A stretch of DNA of 47,682 bases, from the NCBI GenBank assembly GCA_037127835.1, contig JBAXXS010000003.1, positions 1-47,682 on the forward strand, written 5' to 3'. A program made the position numbers and the translations under genes. The notes beneath the pieces were generated by a model that saw only the letters and a list, made by a program, of their open reading frames with translations, had not been told where the DNA came from and searched no databases. This document shows, in pieces, positions 27,957 to 36,778 of the stretch (its first letter is position 1; the number at the start of each line of letters is the position of its first letter). This DNA is from Verrucomicrobiota bacterium. GTDB lineage: Bacteria > Verrucomicrobiota > Verrucomicrobiia > Chthoniobacterales > UBA6821.

Positions 27957-28074
27957 TGATCCTATTGTGCTCGATCTTAATGTTGGGACATTACCTTTCG
28001 ACGGTCGTCCGAAACGCGGAAGGTGATCAAAAAAAGACACAGGACATAGGACACACCACAACCACCCCAATCCC

Positions 28075-29097
28075 ATGGCGAAGTACAAACTCGAATATAT
28101 CTGGCTCGACGGTTACGAACCCGTCGCTAACCTCCGCAGCAAGACTGCCATCAAAGAGTTCACCAAGGCCCCCCTTCTGAAGGATCTCCCAATGTGGGGT
28201 TTCGACGGCAGCTCAACCCGTCAGGCCGAAGGAAAGAGCTCTGATTGCCTTCTTAAGCCAGTTGCCAGCTACCCCGATCCAACACGCGAGAACGGCTATC
28301 TCGTCATGTGTGAGGTCCTGCTTCCCAACGGCAAGCCGCATCCTTCCAACTCCCGTGCCACCATCCATGACGATCCCGACACCTGGTTCGGTTTCGAGCA
28401 GGAGTACTTCCTCTGGAAAGACGGTGCGCCTCTCGGTTTCCCCAAGGGCGGATTCCCGGCCGAAGGCCAGGGCAAGTTCTATTGCGGCGTCGGTTTCTCC
28501 AACGTCGGTGACATCGCCCGCGAGATCGTCGAGGAACACCTCGAAATCTGCCTCGAGATGGGCATCAACCACGAGGGTATCAATGCCGAAGTGGCCAAGG
28601 GCCAGTGGGAATTCCAGATCTTCGGTAAGGGCTCCAAGAAGGCCGCCGACGAAATCTGGCTGGCCCGCTATGTGCTCCAGCGCGTGTGCGAGAAGTACGG
28701 CGTCGATGTCGAATACCACTGCAAGCCGCTCGGCAAGGATGTCGACTGGAACGGTTCCGGCATGCACTGCAACTTCTCCACCAAGTTCATGCGTGAGAAG
28801 GGTGGTAAGAAGTACTTCGAGAAGCTCATGGCGGCCTTCGACAAGTACAAGGACGAGCACATCGCCGTCTACGGACCCGATAACCACTTCCGCCTGACCG
28901 GCCTCCATGAGACCCAGTCGATCGACAAGTTCAGCCACGGCATTGCCGACCGCGGAGCCTCGATCCGTGTTCCTCACAGTTTCGTGAACAACGATTACAA
29001 GGGATATCTCGAGGATCGGCGTCCGAACTCTCAGGGCGACCCGTACAAGATCTCCAGCCGCGTTCTTCAAACAATCAAGACGGTTCCGCTCAAGTAA
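28075..29097 (+). CDS. glnII: Glutamine synthetase type II
   Basis: 340 aa; LEYIWLDG, WGFDGSST, GFEQEY, GINAEVAKGQWEFQ, DWNGSGMHCNFS, RLTGLHET, RGASIRVP, GYLEDRRP. Confidence 0.96.
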   Translation: MAKYKLEYIWLDGYEPVANLRSKTAIKEFTKAPLLKDLPMWGFDGSSTRQAEGKSSDCLLKPVASYPDPTRENGYLVMCEVLLPNGKPHPSNSRATIHDDPDTWFGFEQEYFLWKDGAPLGFPKGGFPAEGQGKFYCGVGFSNVGDIAREIVEEHLEICLEMGINHEGINAEVAKGQWEFQIFGKGSKKAADEIWLARYVLQRVCEKYGVDVEYHCKPLGKDVDWNGSGMHCNFSTKFMREKGGKKYFEKLMAAFDKYKDEHIAVYGPDNHFRLTGLHETQSIDKFSHGIADRGASIRVPHSFVNNDYKGYLEDRRPNSQGDPYKISSRVLQTIKTVPLK

Positions 29098-29120
29098 TAG
29101 CGACGGTCAGCATCATTCAG

Positions 29121-29158
29121 AAAACCGCCATTCCGAAAGGGGTGGCGGTTTTTCTTTT
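29121..29158 (+). terminator. Rho-independent terminator after glnII
   Basis: aaaaccgccattcc-gaaa-ggggtggcggtttt followed by tctttt. Confidence 0.9.
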
Positions 29159-29167
29159 CCGTCGCGA

Positions 29168-29257
29168 TGGGAGATCGGTAATCGGTGATGGGATCTGGGG
29201 TTACAAAAATCTGCATGTCTCTTCCCGAGACCCGATAGCCTATTCCCCATTCCCCAC
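29168..29257. repeat. Inverted pair of 7-bp tandem arrays
   Basis: tgggaga-tcggtaa-tcggtga-tgggatc ... tcccgag-acccgat-agcctat-tccccat-tccccac. Confidence 0.7.
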
Positions 29258-29314
29258 TTTACCCCTTGCCTCTTTGGCAAGGACGGGTAAAGTGACCAAC
29301 CGCGTATCAAAAAT

Positions 29315-29380
29315 TTGCCGTCGGTCCTTGGGTGATCAGCACTTGCTGGTCATCAACACGCGCCAAGGGAAACCCGGCAA
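29315..29380 (+). ncRNA. Long structured 5' leader of rpoA-rplQ (candidate regulatory RNA)
   Basis: Nested pairings ttgccg/cggcaa, ggt/acc, ccttgg/ccaagg, gtgatcagc/gctggtcat; preceded by a possible TTGCCT-N16-TAAAGT promoter (29266-29293). Confidence 0.5.
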
Positions 29381-29398
29381 CGAGAACAACAAGACATT

Positions 29399-30406
29399 AT
29401 GCCTATCCGCCTCGGTCGCTTCGAAATGCCGAAGACCCTCGTCAAGAACGAGAAAACCGCTACAGAAACCTACGCGCAGTTCGTTGCCGAGCCCTTTGAG
29501 GCTGGCTACGGCCACACGATCGGCAATTCACTTCGCCGCACACTTCTTTCATCCCTTGAGGGAGCAGCCATCACCTCGGTCAAGATCGAGGGGGCTCCCC
29601 ATGAATTCACCGCCATCCCCGGAGTCGTCGAGGATGTGGTCGAAATCATCCTTAACCTGAAGAAGGTTAAGTTCAAAGCCCACGACCACGAGGTCCGCAA
29701 CCTGATCCTCTCGGTCAACAAGGCCGGTGTCGTCACTGCCGGTGACATCCAGTCGACCGCCCAGTGCGAGGTTCTCAATCCCGATCAGCACATCTGCACT
29801 CTCGACAAGAAAATGAAGTTCGAGGCCGAGTTCGAGGTCAAGGTCGGTCGCGGCTTCGCCACCGGCGACGAGAACAAGGCCGTTGACAAGCCGATCGGCG
29901 TCATCGCCATCGACTCCATCTTCTCGCCCGTCACCAAGGTCAAGTACGCCGTCGAGCAGACCCGTGTCGGGCAGCGCACCGATTACGACAAGCTCATCCT
30001 CGACATCTGGACCGATGGACGACTCACTCCGGACGAAGCCCTGCTTCAGTCTGCGGCGATCCTCCGTCATCACCTTGATGTTTTCGTCAACTTCGACGAC
30101 GCGCAGGTCGAGTTCGACGAGACCCCGGTCGAGGTCAGTCAGGAGAACAACCGCCTCAAGAAACTGCTCGCCATGAGCGTGAACGAGATCGAACTCTCCG
30201 TCCGCGCCGCGAACTGCCTCAACAATGCGAACATCACTTCCGTCGGACAGCTCGCTCTCAAGAGCGAGGCCGAGATGCTCAAGTACCGCAACTTCGGCAA
30301 GAAGTCGCTGAACGAGATCAAGGACAAGCTTGTCCAGCTCGGTCTGGGCCTTGGCATGAAGTTCGAGCCCGGCCTTGTCGACAATCTGGCACCCGTTGCC
30401 GAATAA
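29399..30406 (+). CDS. rpoA: DNA-directed RNA polymerase subunit alpha
   Basis: EPFEAGYGHTIGNSLRR, GVVEDV, IDSIFSPV, RVGQRTDYDKL, ELSVRAANCL, NFGKKSLNEI. Confidence 0.99.
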   Translation: MPIRLGRFEMPKTLVKNEKTATETYAQFVAEPFEAGYGHTIGNSLRRTLLSSLEGAAITSVKIEGAPHEFTAIPGVVEDVVEIILNLKKVKFKAHDHEVRNLILSVNKAGVVTAGDIQSTAQCEVLNPDQHICTLDKKMKFEAEFEVKVGRGFATGDENKAVDKPIGVIAIDSIFSPVTKVKYAVEQTRVGQRTDYDKLILDIWTDGRLTPDEALLQSAAILRHHLDVFVNFDDAQVEFDETPVEVSQENNRLKKLLAMSVNEIELSVRAANCLNNANITSVGQLALKSEAEMLKYRNFGKKSLNEIKDKLVQLGLGLGMKFEPGLVDNLAPVAE

Positions 30407-30431
30407 AAAACCTTAGAAGGACTCTAACGCC

Positions 30432-30950
30432 ATGCGTCACCGGAAAAAAACCGTCAAACTCGGCCGTAGCCAGGCACACCGTGATTCGCTTCTCGCGAAC
30501 CAGGTCTGTAGCCTGATTGAGCACCGCCGCATCAAAACTACCCTGGCCAAAGCCAAGGCCACCAAGCCTCTGGCCGAGCGTATGCTCACCTTGGGTAAGA
30601 AAGGAGATCTCCATGCACGCCGCGTCGCGATCTCCTACCTCAAGCACAAGGACATCGTGAAGAAGCTCTTCACCGAGATCGCTCCGGCAGCCGCCGACCG
30701 TAAGGGAGGCTACACCCGCATTGTGAAGCTCGGAGCGCGTCAGAGTGACAGCGCGCCGATGGCCTACCTCGAGTGGGTTGATTACGCAATCGAAATTAAG
30801 AAAGACGAGGTTGTTGCCGAAGCAGCTGAAAAGCCCGCCAAGAAGGCCAAGGTTGAGAAGGCCCCTAAAGCCCCTAAGGCAGAGAAAGCCGAAGGCGAAG
30901 CTGCTAAAAAGAAGGCCGCTCCGAAGAAAGATAAGAAGAGCGAAGAATAA
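30432..30950 (+). CDS. rplQ: 50S ribosomal protein L17 with a Lys/Ala/Glu-rich tail
   Basis: MRHRK..KLGR...HR, IKTTLAKAK, RKGGYTRIVKLG.R..D.APMA. Confidence 0.98.
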   Translation: MRHRKKTVKLGRSQAHRDSLLANQVCSLIEHRRIKTTLAKAKATKPLAERMLTLGKKGDLHARRVAISYLKHKDIVKKLFTEIAPAAADRKGGYTRIVKLGARQSDSAPMAYLEWVDYAIEIKKDEVVAEAAEKPAKKAKVEKAPKAPKAEKAEGEAAKKKAAPKKDKKSEE

Positions 30951-30973
30951 AACTCCTCTTCAATCAATCAATG

Positions 30974-31007
30974 AAAAGCCCCGGAGTAATCCGGGGCTTT
31001 TTCTTTT
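30974..31007 (+). terminator. Rho-independent terminator after rplQ (possibly bidirectional)
   Basis: aaaagccccgga-gtaa-tccggggctttt followed by tctttt. Confidence 0.92.
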
Positions 31008-31200
31008 GTGGGGATCAAGCGCTGATCGGTTGGATCGGTTTAAAATGAGTCATTGCCACAAGATGCACAGAATGCACAGGGTTTTTAATTGCTCTTAAGC
31101 GGTGCACGTAAGACTTACAAGAGGGTCATCCGTACATTTCCCTTTTGTGTTTTTATTTGCCTACATCTTTTCTTAAGACGCTTTAGCCCGTCACGCCTAT

Positions 31201-32427
31201 CTATGCCGCGTCTAATCCGAAGGCCGTGTGGGCTAGCTTGGCTGCCTCGGCTATTTTTTCTTCATCGAGAATGACCGCAATCTTGATCTCCGAGGTGGAG
31301 ATCATCTGGATGTTGATGCCACCCTTGGCGAGGGCTTCGAAGAGCTTGGCCGCAACGCCCGAATGGGTGCGCATTCCGATACCGACGACGCTGAGCTTGG
31401 CGATGCCATCCTGCTTGCTGACTTTGCCGGCTCCGATCTCTGCGGCGACGCGGTCGACGAGATCACCGATCTTCTCGAGTTCGTCGCGGTTCATCGTGAA
31501 GGAAATATCGGTCGAACCCGCAGCAGAGACATTCTGGACGATGACGTCGATCATGACATGGGCATCAGCTAGCGCGGTGAAGAGCCTGGCTGCGCATCCC
31601 GGCTTATCGGGGACTTGGGTGACAGTGACCTTGGCCTGATTACGCTCGACGCTGACGCCGCGCACGACGACCTGTTCCATTCCTTCGGATTCTTCTTTCA
31701 CGGTTGTTCCTGGTTTGTTGTTGAAGCTGCTGCGGACCTCAAAGGTCACGCCGAATTTCTTAGCGAATTCCACCGAGCGCGACTGCATGACCTTGGAGCC
31801 GCTGCTCGCCATCTCGAGCATCTCGTCATAGGAGATGGCTTCGATCTTTTGGGCTGTCGGGACGATGCGGGGATCACAGGTGTAGACGCCGTCCACATCG
31901 GTGAAGATCTGGCAGGCATCAGCCTCCACAGCGGAGGCAAGCGCTATAGCAGTGAGGTCGGAGCCGCCGCGGCCGAGCGTGGTGATGGCCCCTTCGCTGG
32001 TCTCTCCCTGGAATCCAGCCACGATCACAATCGCCCCCTCATCCAGGTGCTTCTTGATCTGGTCCGGGGTGACATTACTGATCTTGGCCTTGGTATGGAC
32101 GCCGTTGGTGACGATGCCGGCCTGGGCGCCTGTGAGAGAGACAGCCTTACCTCCCAAACTCTGGATCGCCATGGCGGTAAGAGCCATCGTGGTCTGCTCA
32201 CCCGTGGAGAGTAGAACATCCATTTCGCGCTCAGTTGGCTTGGAGGGATTGGAGGAGACTTCTTTGGCCAGCTTGATCAGGGAATCGGTGACCCCCGACA
32301 TCGCGGAAACAACAGCGACGACGGAATTCCCCTCGCGCTGGGTTTCCAGCAGTCGACGGGCGACATTCATGATGCGCTCGGGATTACCGACCGAAGTGCC
32401 GCCGTATTTCTGGACGATGAGGGGCAT
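31201..32427 (-). CDS. lysC: Aspartate kinase
   Basis: VQKYGGTSVG, VVSAM, TTLGRGGSD, TDVDGVYTCDPR, two C-terminal ACT domains, STSEIKI. Confidence 0.97.
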   Translation of the reverse strand: MPLIVQKYGGTSVGNPERIMNVARRLLETQREGNSVVAVVSAMSGVTDSLIKLAKEVSSNPSKPTEREMDVLLSTGEQTTMALTAMAIQSLGGKAVSLTGAQAGIVTNGVHTKAKISNVTPDQIKKHLDEGAIVIVAGFQGETSEGAITTLGRGGSDLTAIALASAVEADACQIFTDVDGVYTCDPRIVPTAQKIEAISYDEMLEMASSGSKVMQSRSVEFAKKFGVTFEVRSSFNNKPGTTVKEESEGMEQVVVRGVSVERNQAKVTVTQVPDKPGCAARLFTALADAHVMIDVIVQNVSAAGSTDISFTMNRDELEKIGDLVDRVAAEIGAGKVSKQDGIAKLSVVGIGMRTHSGVAAKLFEALAKGGINIQMISTSEIKIAVILDEEKIAEAAKLAHTAFGLDAA

Positions 32428-32434
32428 GAGGAAG

Positions 32435-32520
32435 AGACTGTTAGCGGTTTAGGCTTTTAGGTTGTTGGGTCTGAGACTGCATCTGAATTCGGATGCCGAT
32501 AGTCCAATAGCCCAAAAGTC
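32435..32520. repeat. Intergenic repeat related to the 27778-27910 element
   Basis: ctgttagcggtttaggct (32438-32455) is the exact reverse complement of agcctaaaccgctaacag (27890-27907). A weaker opposite arm gatagtccaatagcccaaaagtc lies near 32499-32520. Confidence 0.7.
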
Positions 32521-32536
32521 CGGGTGGTCTGCATGA

Positions 32537-33655
32537 TCAGTTGTCTAGCTTGGCCAGGGCCTCACGGACGGCTGATGCTGTGGCCTCGGTCTCGATTGGT
32601 GCGGTAACAGCATGCTTCGCCGTATCAGGATCCTTAAGCCCGTGACCTGTGACCGTGAGTACCACCTTGGCTCCGGGCTGGATCTGGCGGAATGGGCAGC
32701 ATTCGCACTGGGTGGTCTTTCCGCTGCGGTTGAAGCATTTGAAAAGCGCGGCCACGGGTGCGGCGCTGGCTGGCTCAACAAAAATTCCTTCGTTGGAGGC
32801 GAGCCACTTCTGGGCGGCCAGGATCTCGGAGTCCTCGACGATCTCAAAACAACCACCCGATTCGGAGACGGCATTGATGGCCCCATCCCAACTGGCCGGA
32901 CGTCCGATCCGAATGGCCGTGGCTACCGTCTCCGGATTATCCATCGGAGCGCCGTGATAGAGCGGTGAAGCACCGGCCGCCTGAACGCCGAGCATCCTTG
33001 GAAGCTTGTGGCTACGGCCTAGATCCTTGAACTCTTTGTATCCCTTCCAGTAGGCGGTGATGTTGCCGGCATTCCCGACAGGCAGGATGTGGATGTCGGG
33101 TGCGTTGCCTAGCTCCTCGATGATCTCGAAGGCGGCGGTCTTCTGGCCCTCGATCCGGTAAGGGTTGATCGAATTGACGATGGCGAAGTCGCCCGTCTCA
33201 CCCAGTTCGCGCACGAGACGCAGGGCGTCGTCAAAGTTGCCACGGATAGCAACGACGGTTGCACCGTAGATATAGGCCTGGACCATCTTGCCTCCCGCGA
33301 TGCGACCGGCTGGAAGCAATACGGCACACTTCATCCCGGCGCGCGCCGCATAGGCGGCCGCGGCGGCGGAGGTATTCCCGGTGGAGGCACAGAGGACGGT
33401 GTGGGCTCCCTCCTCGGCGGCCTTGGAGATGGCCATGGTCATACCTCGGTCCTTGAAGGAGCCTGTCGGATTCAGCCCCTCGTACTTGACATAGACCTCA
33501 CCGCCGGTGATCTCACTCAGCTTGGGCGAATGAATCAGGGGCGTGGAACCCTCGCCCAGAGAGATGACGGGCGTGGCATCGCTGACTGACAGGAACTCGC
33601 GGTAGCGCTCGATCACGCCGCAATCATTGAAGGTCTTGTTCATCGGGACGGGCAT
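32537..33655 (-). CDS. thrC: Threonine synthase (canonical copy)
   Basis: [57 protein letters not shown]; located between hom and lysC. Confidence 0.96.
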   Translation of the reverse strand: MPVPMNKTFNDCGVIERYREFLSVSDATPVISLGEGSTPLIHSPKLSEITGGEVYVKYEGLNPTGSFKDRGMTMAISKAAEEGAHTVLCASTGNTSAAAAAYAARAGMKCAVLLPAGRIAGGKMVQAYIYGATVVAIRGNFDDALRLVRELGETGDFAIVNSINPYRIEGQKTAAFEIIEELGNAPDIHILPVGNAGNITAYWKGYKEFKDLGRSHKLPRMLGVQAAGASPLYHGAPMDNPETVATAIRIGRPASWDGAINAVSESGGCFEIVEDSEILAAQKWLASNEGIFVEPASAAPVAALFKCFNRSGKTTQCECCPFRQIQPGAKVVLTVTGHGLKDPDTAKHAVTAPIETEATASAVREALAKLDN

Positions 33656-33662
33656 CAGGAAA

Positions 33663-34955
33663 TCAAGAAAAAGTCTCCACGTTGAAGAGTACAGGCTCTC
33701 CCTTCACGCAGCCGAGGGTGGTGATCTTCGCAAGGGCGGCGCACATGGCTCCATAGGCGGCCTCGTGGATCATCAGCACGAGAGGAGTCTCAACCCCGGC
33801 AATCAACTCAGGCTGGACAACCGAAGAGATGCCGATGCCTGCCTCACCGAGGACCCCGGCGATAAGAGCCAAGACACCCGGTTTGTCATCCACCGAGAGG
33901 CGCAGGTAGTAGGAGCCGACGATCTCGGGTGACGATCGGCTGCTTCCATAGAGCGCATGGGGAGCGAATCCGAAAGTGCCTCTGGGAGCATCGAGCACAT
34001 GGGCCGCCTCCACGAGATCGCCGATCACCGAGGTGGATGTCGGGCCGCGTCCCGCACCGCGTCCGTAGAACAGACTGTCGCCGACGAGATCGCCGCGGAC
34101 GGCAACGGCATTGAAGACCCCGTTCACCGAGGCAAGGACATTCCCGAGAGGAATGAGCGTTGGGGCCACGCCGACCTCGACTTTGCCTTGATTCTCACGA
34201 ATCGAGCCGAGCAGCTTGATGCAGTATCCTAGGCTCTTGGCGAAATGAATGTCTGCCGCGCTCACGCGGTCTATCCCCTCGACGCGGATCGTGGCGGGAT
34301 CGACCCAGAATCCGTAGGCGAGGGCGGCCAGGATGATTGCTTTGTGTCCGGCATCCCATCCGTTGATATCGAGCGTGGGGTCGGCCTCCGCATAGCCCAG
34401 CTTTACCGCCTCAGCAAGGGCCTCGGGGTAGTCGAGCCCGGCCTCCTGCATGCGGGTCAGGATATAGTTGCTCGTGCCGTTGAGGATGCCGTGAACTGAC
34501 TCGATGCGGTTGCCGACGAAGGCATCGCGGAGCGACTGGATGATCGGAATGCCACCGGCCACCGCCGCCTCGAAGAAAACGGGGATCTTGCACTCGCTAG
34601 CCAGGGCAAAAATCTCAGCTCCGCGCTCTGCCAGAAGGGCCTTGTTGCCTGTGACGACGATGCGTCCCGAGCGGATCGCCGCCATCGTCAGGTCGAAGGC
34701 CTCCGTCGTCCCTCCGATCAGTTCGACGATGATCTTGATTTCAGGATCCTCCAGCAGGTCCTGCCACCGGCTGTAGAAGAGCGAAGCTGGTGCCGAGACA
34801 TCGCGCTGTTTCTGCAGATCGCGCACGACGATCCGACGCACGTCAAATGCGTACCCGGAACGCTCCGTGATCAGTTCACGGTGGTGTTCCAGATTCTCAT
34901 AGACCCCGGCACCCACGGTGCCGAAGCCGGCCAATCCGATGCCGATCGTCTTCAT
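33663..34955 (-). CDS. hom: Homoserine dehydrogenase with C-terminal ACT domain
   Basis: [57 protein letters not shown]. Confidence 0.97.
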   Translation of the reverse strand: MKTIGIGLAGFGTVGAGVYENLEHHRELITERSGYAFDVRRIVVRDLQKQRDVSAPASLFYSRWQDLLEDPEIKIIVELIGGTTEAFDLTMAAIRSGRIVVTGNKALLAERGAEIFALASECKIPVFFEAAVAGGIPIIQSLRDAFVGNRIESVHGILNGTSNYILTRMQEAGLDYPEALAEAVKLGYAEADPTLDINGWDAGHKAIILAALAYGFWVDPATIRVEGIDRVSAADIHFAKSLGYCIKLLGSIRENQGKVEVGVAPTLIPLGNVLASVNGVFNAVAVRGDLVGDSLFYGRGAGRGPTSTSVIGDLVEAAHVLDAPRGTFGFAPHALYGSSRSSPEIVGSYYLRLSVDDKPGVLALIAGVLGEAGIGISSVVQPELIAGVETPLVLMIHEAAYGAMCAALAKITTLGCVKGEPVLFNVETFS

Positions 34956-35031
34956 AAATCAGCCTTCGATCTTCTCTGTTGGACCAGCCCAGGTAAAGCC
35001 GCCTTTTTTTAAAAGAGCTCTCATCCGCGAA

Positions 35032-35916
35032 TCACGGCCTTCTAACCTCAGTAGGGGTTGACAGGAGATTTTTTAATAAATCCTTTTCCCTCTGTCTGGC
35101 TACCCCCTCTTTGTGTTCACTCAATTGTTTTCTCATCCACAGGGTCAAATAAACCGAGATACCCCACCCCATTAAAGCCAAGCCAATCACTCGTGCCGCC
35201 CCCATCCAGAAAATAAATGAATGAGCAGTCCCTGCCAACTCAGACCTGTACAACTTCTGAACATCAGTGGGCGTGAGAGCTTTATCATAGAAAGCCAAGT
35301 CATTTACCCTTCCCAATTCAGCTTCTAGGACAGCATGTTGAGAGCTGCCGAAGACCATTGAGGTGGGATTGCCTGGTTCGAAAGTCAGCGGAGTCTGCAT
35401 GGATCCGGAAGCCAATGGTTTACCATCAAGGTAAACCACCATCTTCCCTTTGGTATCGATCGTGCCAATCAGATGAAACCATGAGCGAACCGGCAACTCC
35501 GCCAGAGTAACCGCCTTGAACCACTCCATGCCATTTCCCGCCAAAAGCGCAACTCGCTCCTGATGGGCAGGGGCGTGCATGGGTTCAAGTGCTAGAATGA
35601 CACCCTTCATCCACCCATCGTTGATAATAAAGAAGCTATTGTCCGCCGACTGTCTCCATACCCAAACGGAGATCGTGATTTCTTTGGACGAGGTGAAAAT
35701 AACTGGAAAAATGGCTTTGGAGTGAGCACTGAAGCTGAGAGCGCCTTCTTGGTGTGAGCTTCTGTCCATGGCATGGGATGTCACCTGAAGGGATCCATCC
35801 ATCCCGTGGCCGGATGAGTCCAAGGCATTCCCATCCAAGCCATAGCGGGCTAATGGGGACGCTGTAAGAAGGCCGGAGAAAAGGAGGGCTAGGCAACCTA
35901 GACTAATTTTTATCAT
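35032..35916 (-). CDS. Exported LamG/concanavalin-like domain protein with a C-terminal membrane anchor
   Basis: Signal peptide; YGLDGNALDSSGHG, ITISVWV, WFHLIGT, VYLDG, NDLAFYDKALTPTDVQKLY; hydrophobic helix near the C-terminus. Confidence 0.8.
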   Translation of the reverse strand: MIKISLGCLALLFSGLLTASPLARYGLDGNALDSSGHGMDGSLQVTSHAMDRSSHQEGALSFSAHSKAIFPVIFTSSKEITISVWVWRQSADNSFFIINDGWMKGVILALEPMHAPAHQERVALLAGNGMEWFKAVTLAELPVRSWFHLIGTIDTKGKMVVYLDGKPLASGSMQTPLTFEPGNPTSMVFGSSQHAVLEAELGRVNDLAFYDKALTPTDVQKLYRSELAGTAHSFIFWMGAARVIGLALMGWGISVYLTLWMRKQLSEHKEGVARQREKDLLKNLLSTPTEVRRP

Positions 35917-35981
35917 AGAAGTCTGTTCCGGAAAAACCTGATCACTTCAGATAAAGAATGTCCGAAAATCAATCGCCTCAT

Positions 35982-36008
35982 TGTGACAATTGCGTCAAAA
36001 ATGTCACA
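35982..36008. promoter_or_regulatory. Inverted repeat in a divergent promoter region (candidate operator)
   Basis: tgtgaca-N13-tgtcaca in an AT-rich gap between divergent genes. Confidence 0.4.
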
Positions 36009-36065
36009 TGTGCAGGGCTTTTCCTGCTTGCGCGGCCTTGAGGACCGTTGGAAGGTAATGTCACG

Positions 36066-36761
36066 ATGATCTTGTCGAGGAGAGCCGGTATCATTTGGTT
36101 AGGTTCAGCGATTGTATTGCTGGCCCTCCTGATGCCGTTGGCTCTGAAGGCTCAGAATACGGCACCTCCGACACAGGCGGTTCCAGCCGCTCCAGCTGTC
36201 CCTAGCGCACTTCCTGCCGCTCCTGCAGCGGCTGGGTTGCCTGCACAACCTGCTCCTGTGGTACCCACTACCGGCACCATGCCTCCTCAGCCCGCTCAGC
36301 CTTCTCCGGCAATGCCTGCTGCGGTACCAGCCCCTGCTGCTCCCACTGCCGGAGCCATGCCTACAGGAGCCATGCAGACGCAGAACTACCTGGCTGCCGC
36401 ACAGATGATTGCAGCAATGCAACATCTCCATGAGCATGGCCAACTCACGAGTAACAAGGCTCTAGCGGCCTCGCTTCGCAAAGTTATTACCGATAATAGC
36501 ATCCAGCATCCGCTAGCCGCCCCCATGGGATCAAAGGTTGTCGCGGTTCACAAGCATCCTGGGGATTATGTCCGCAGAGGGGAAAAAATCGTCACTCTGC
36601 TTGTCGATGGGAAAACTGTCCCGATCCTGGCTAAGCAGGATGGAGTGATGCAGGCGATCAATGTCAGCAAGGGAGGCGTGCTGGGCAACTCCCTGCCCAC
36701 CGCGTCAATCGACGACCTGAACGATGGCGGCCTGCTGATCGTTTCCCTCATCAATTTCTAA
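36066..36761 (+). CDS. Exported protein with a Pro/Ala-rich linker and a C-terminal biotinyl/lipoyl-like domain
   Basis: Signal peptide ending ALKA-Q; Pro/Ala-rich segment; LAAPMGSKVVAV...PGDYVRRGEKIVTL...ILAKQDGVMQAINVSKG fits the biotinyl/lipoyl fold. Confidence 0.7.
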   Translation: MILSRRAGIIWLGSAIVLLALLMPLALKAQNTAPPTQAVPAAPAVPSALPAAPAAAGLPAQPAPVVPTTGTMPPQPAQPSPAMPAAVPAPAAPTAGAMPTGAMQTQNYLAAAQMIAAMQHLHEHGQLTSNKALAASLRKVITDNSIQHPLAAPMGSKVVAVHKHPGDYVRRGEKIVTLLVDGKTVPILAKQDGVMQAINVSKGGVLGNSLPTASIDDLNDGGLLIVSLINF

Positions 36762-36778
36762 CCAAAGGACCCAGAGCA

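Noticed and set aside
27980-28030. Glutamine (glnA-motif) riboswitch upstream of glnII
   Set aside because: A stem is present but I cannot match the conserved three-way junction and E-loop nucleotides; kept only as an unassigned hairpin.
29142-29660. 172-aa ORF overlapping the rpoA start
   Set aside because: It begins inside the glnII terminator, crosses a repeat element and overlaps rpoA out of frame, with no motifs.
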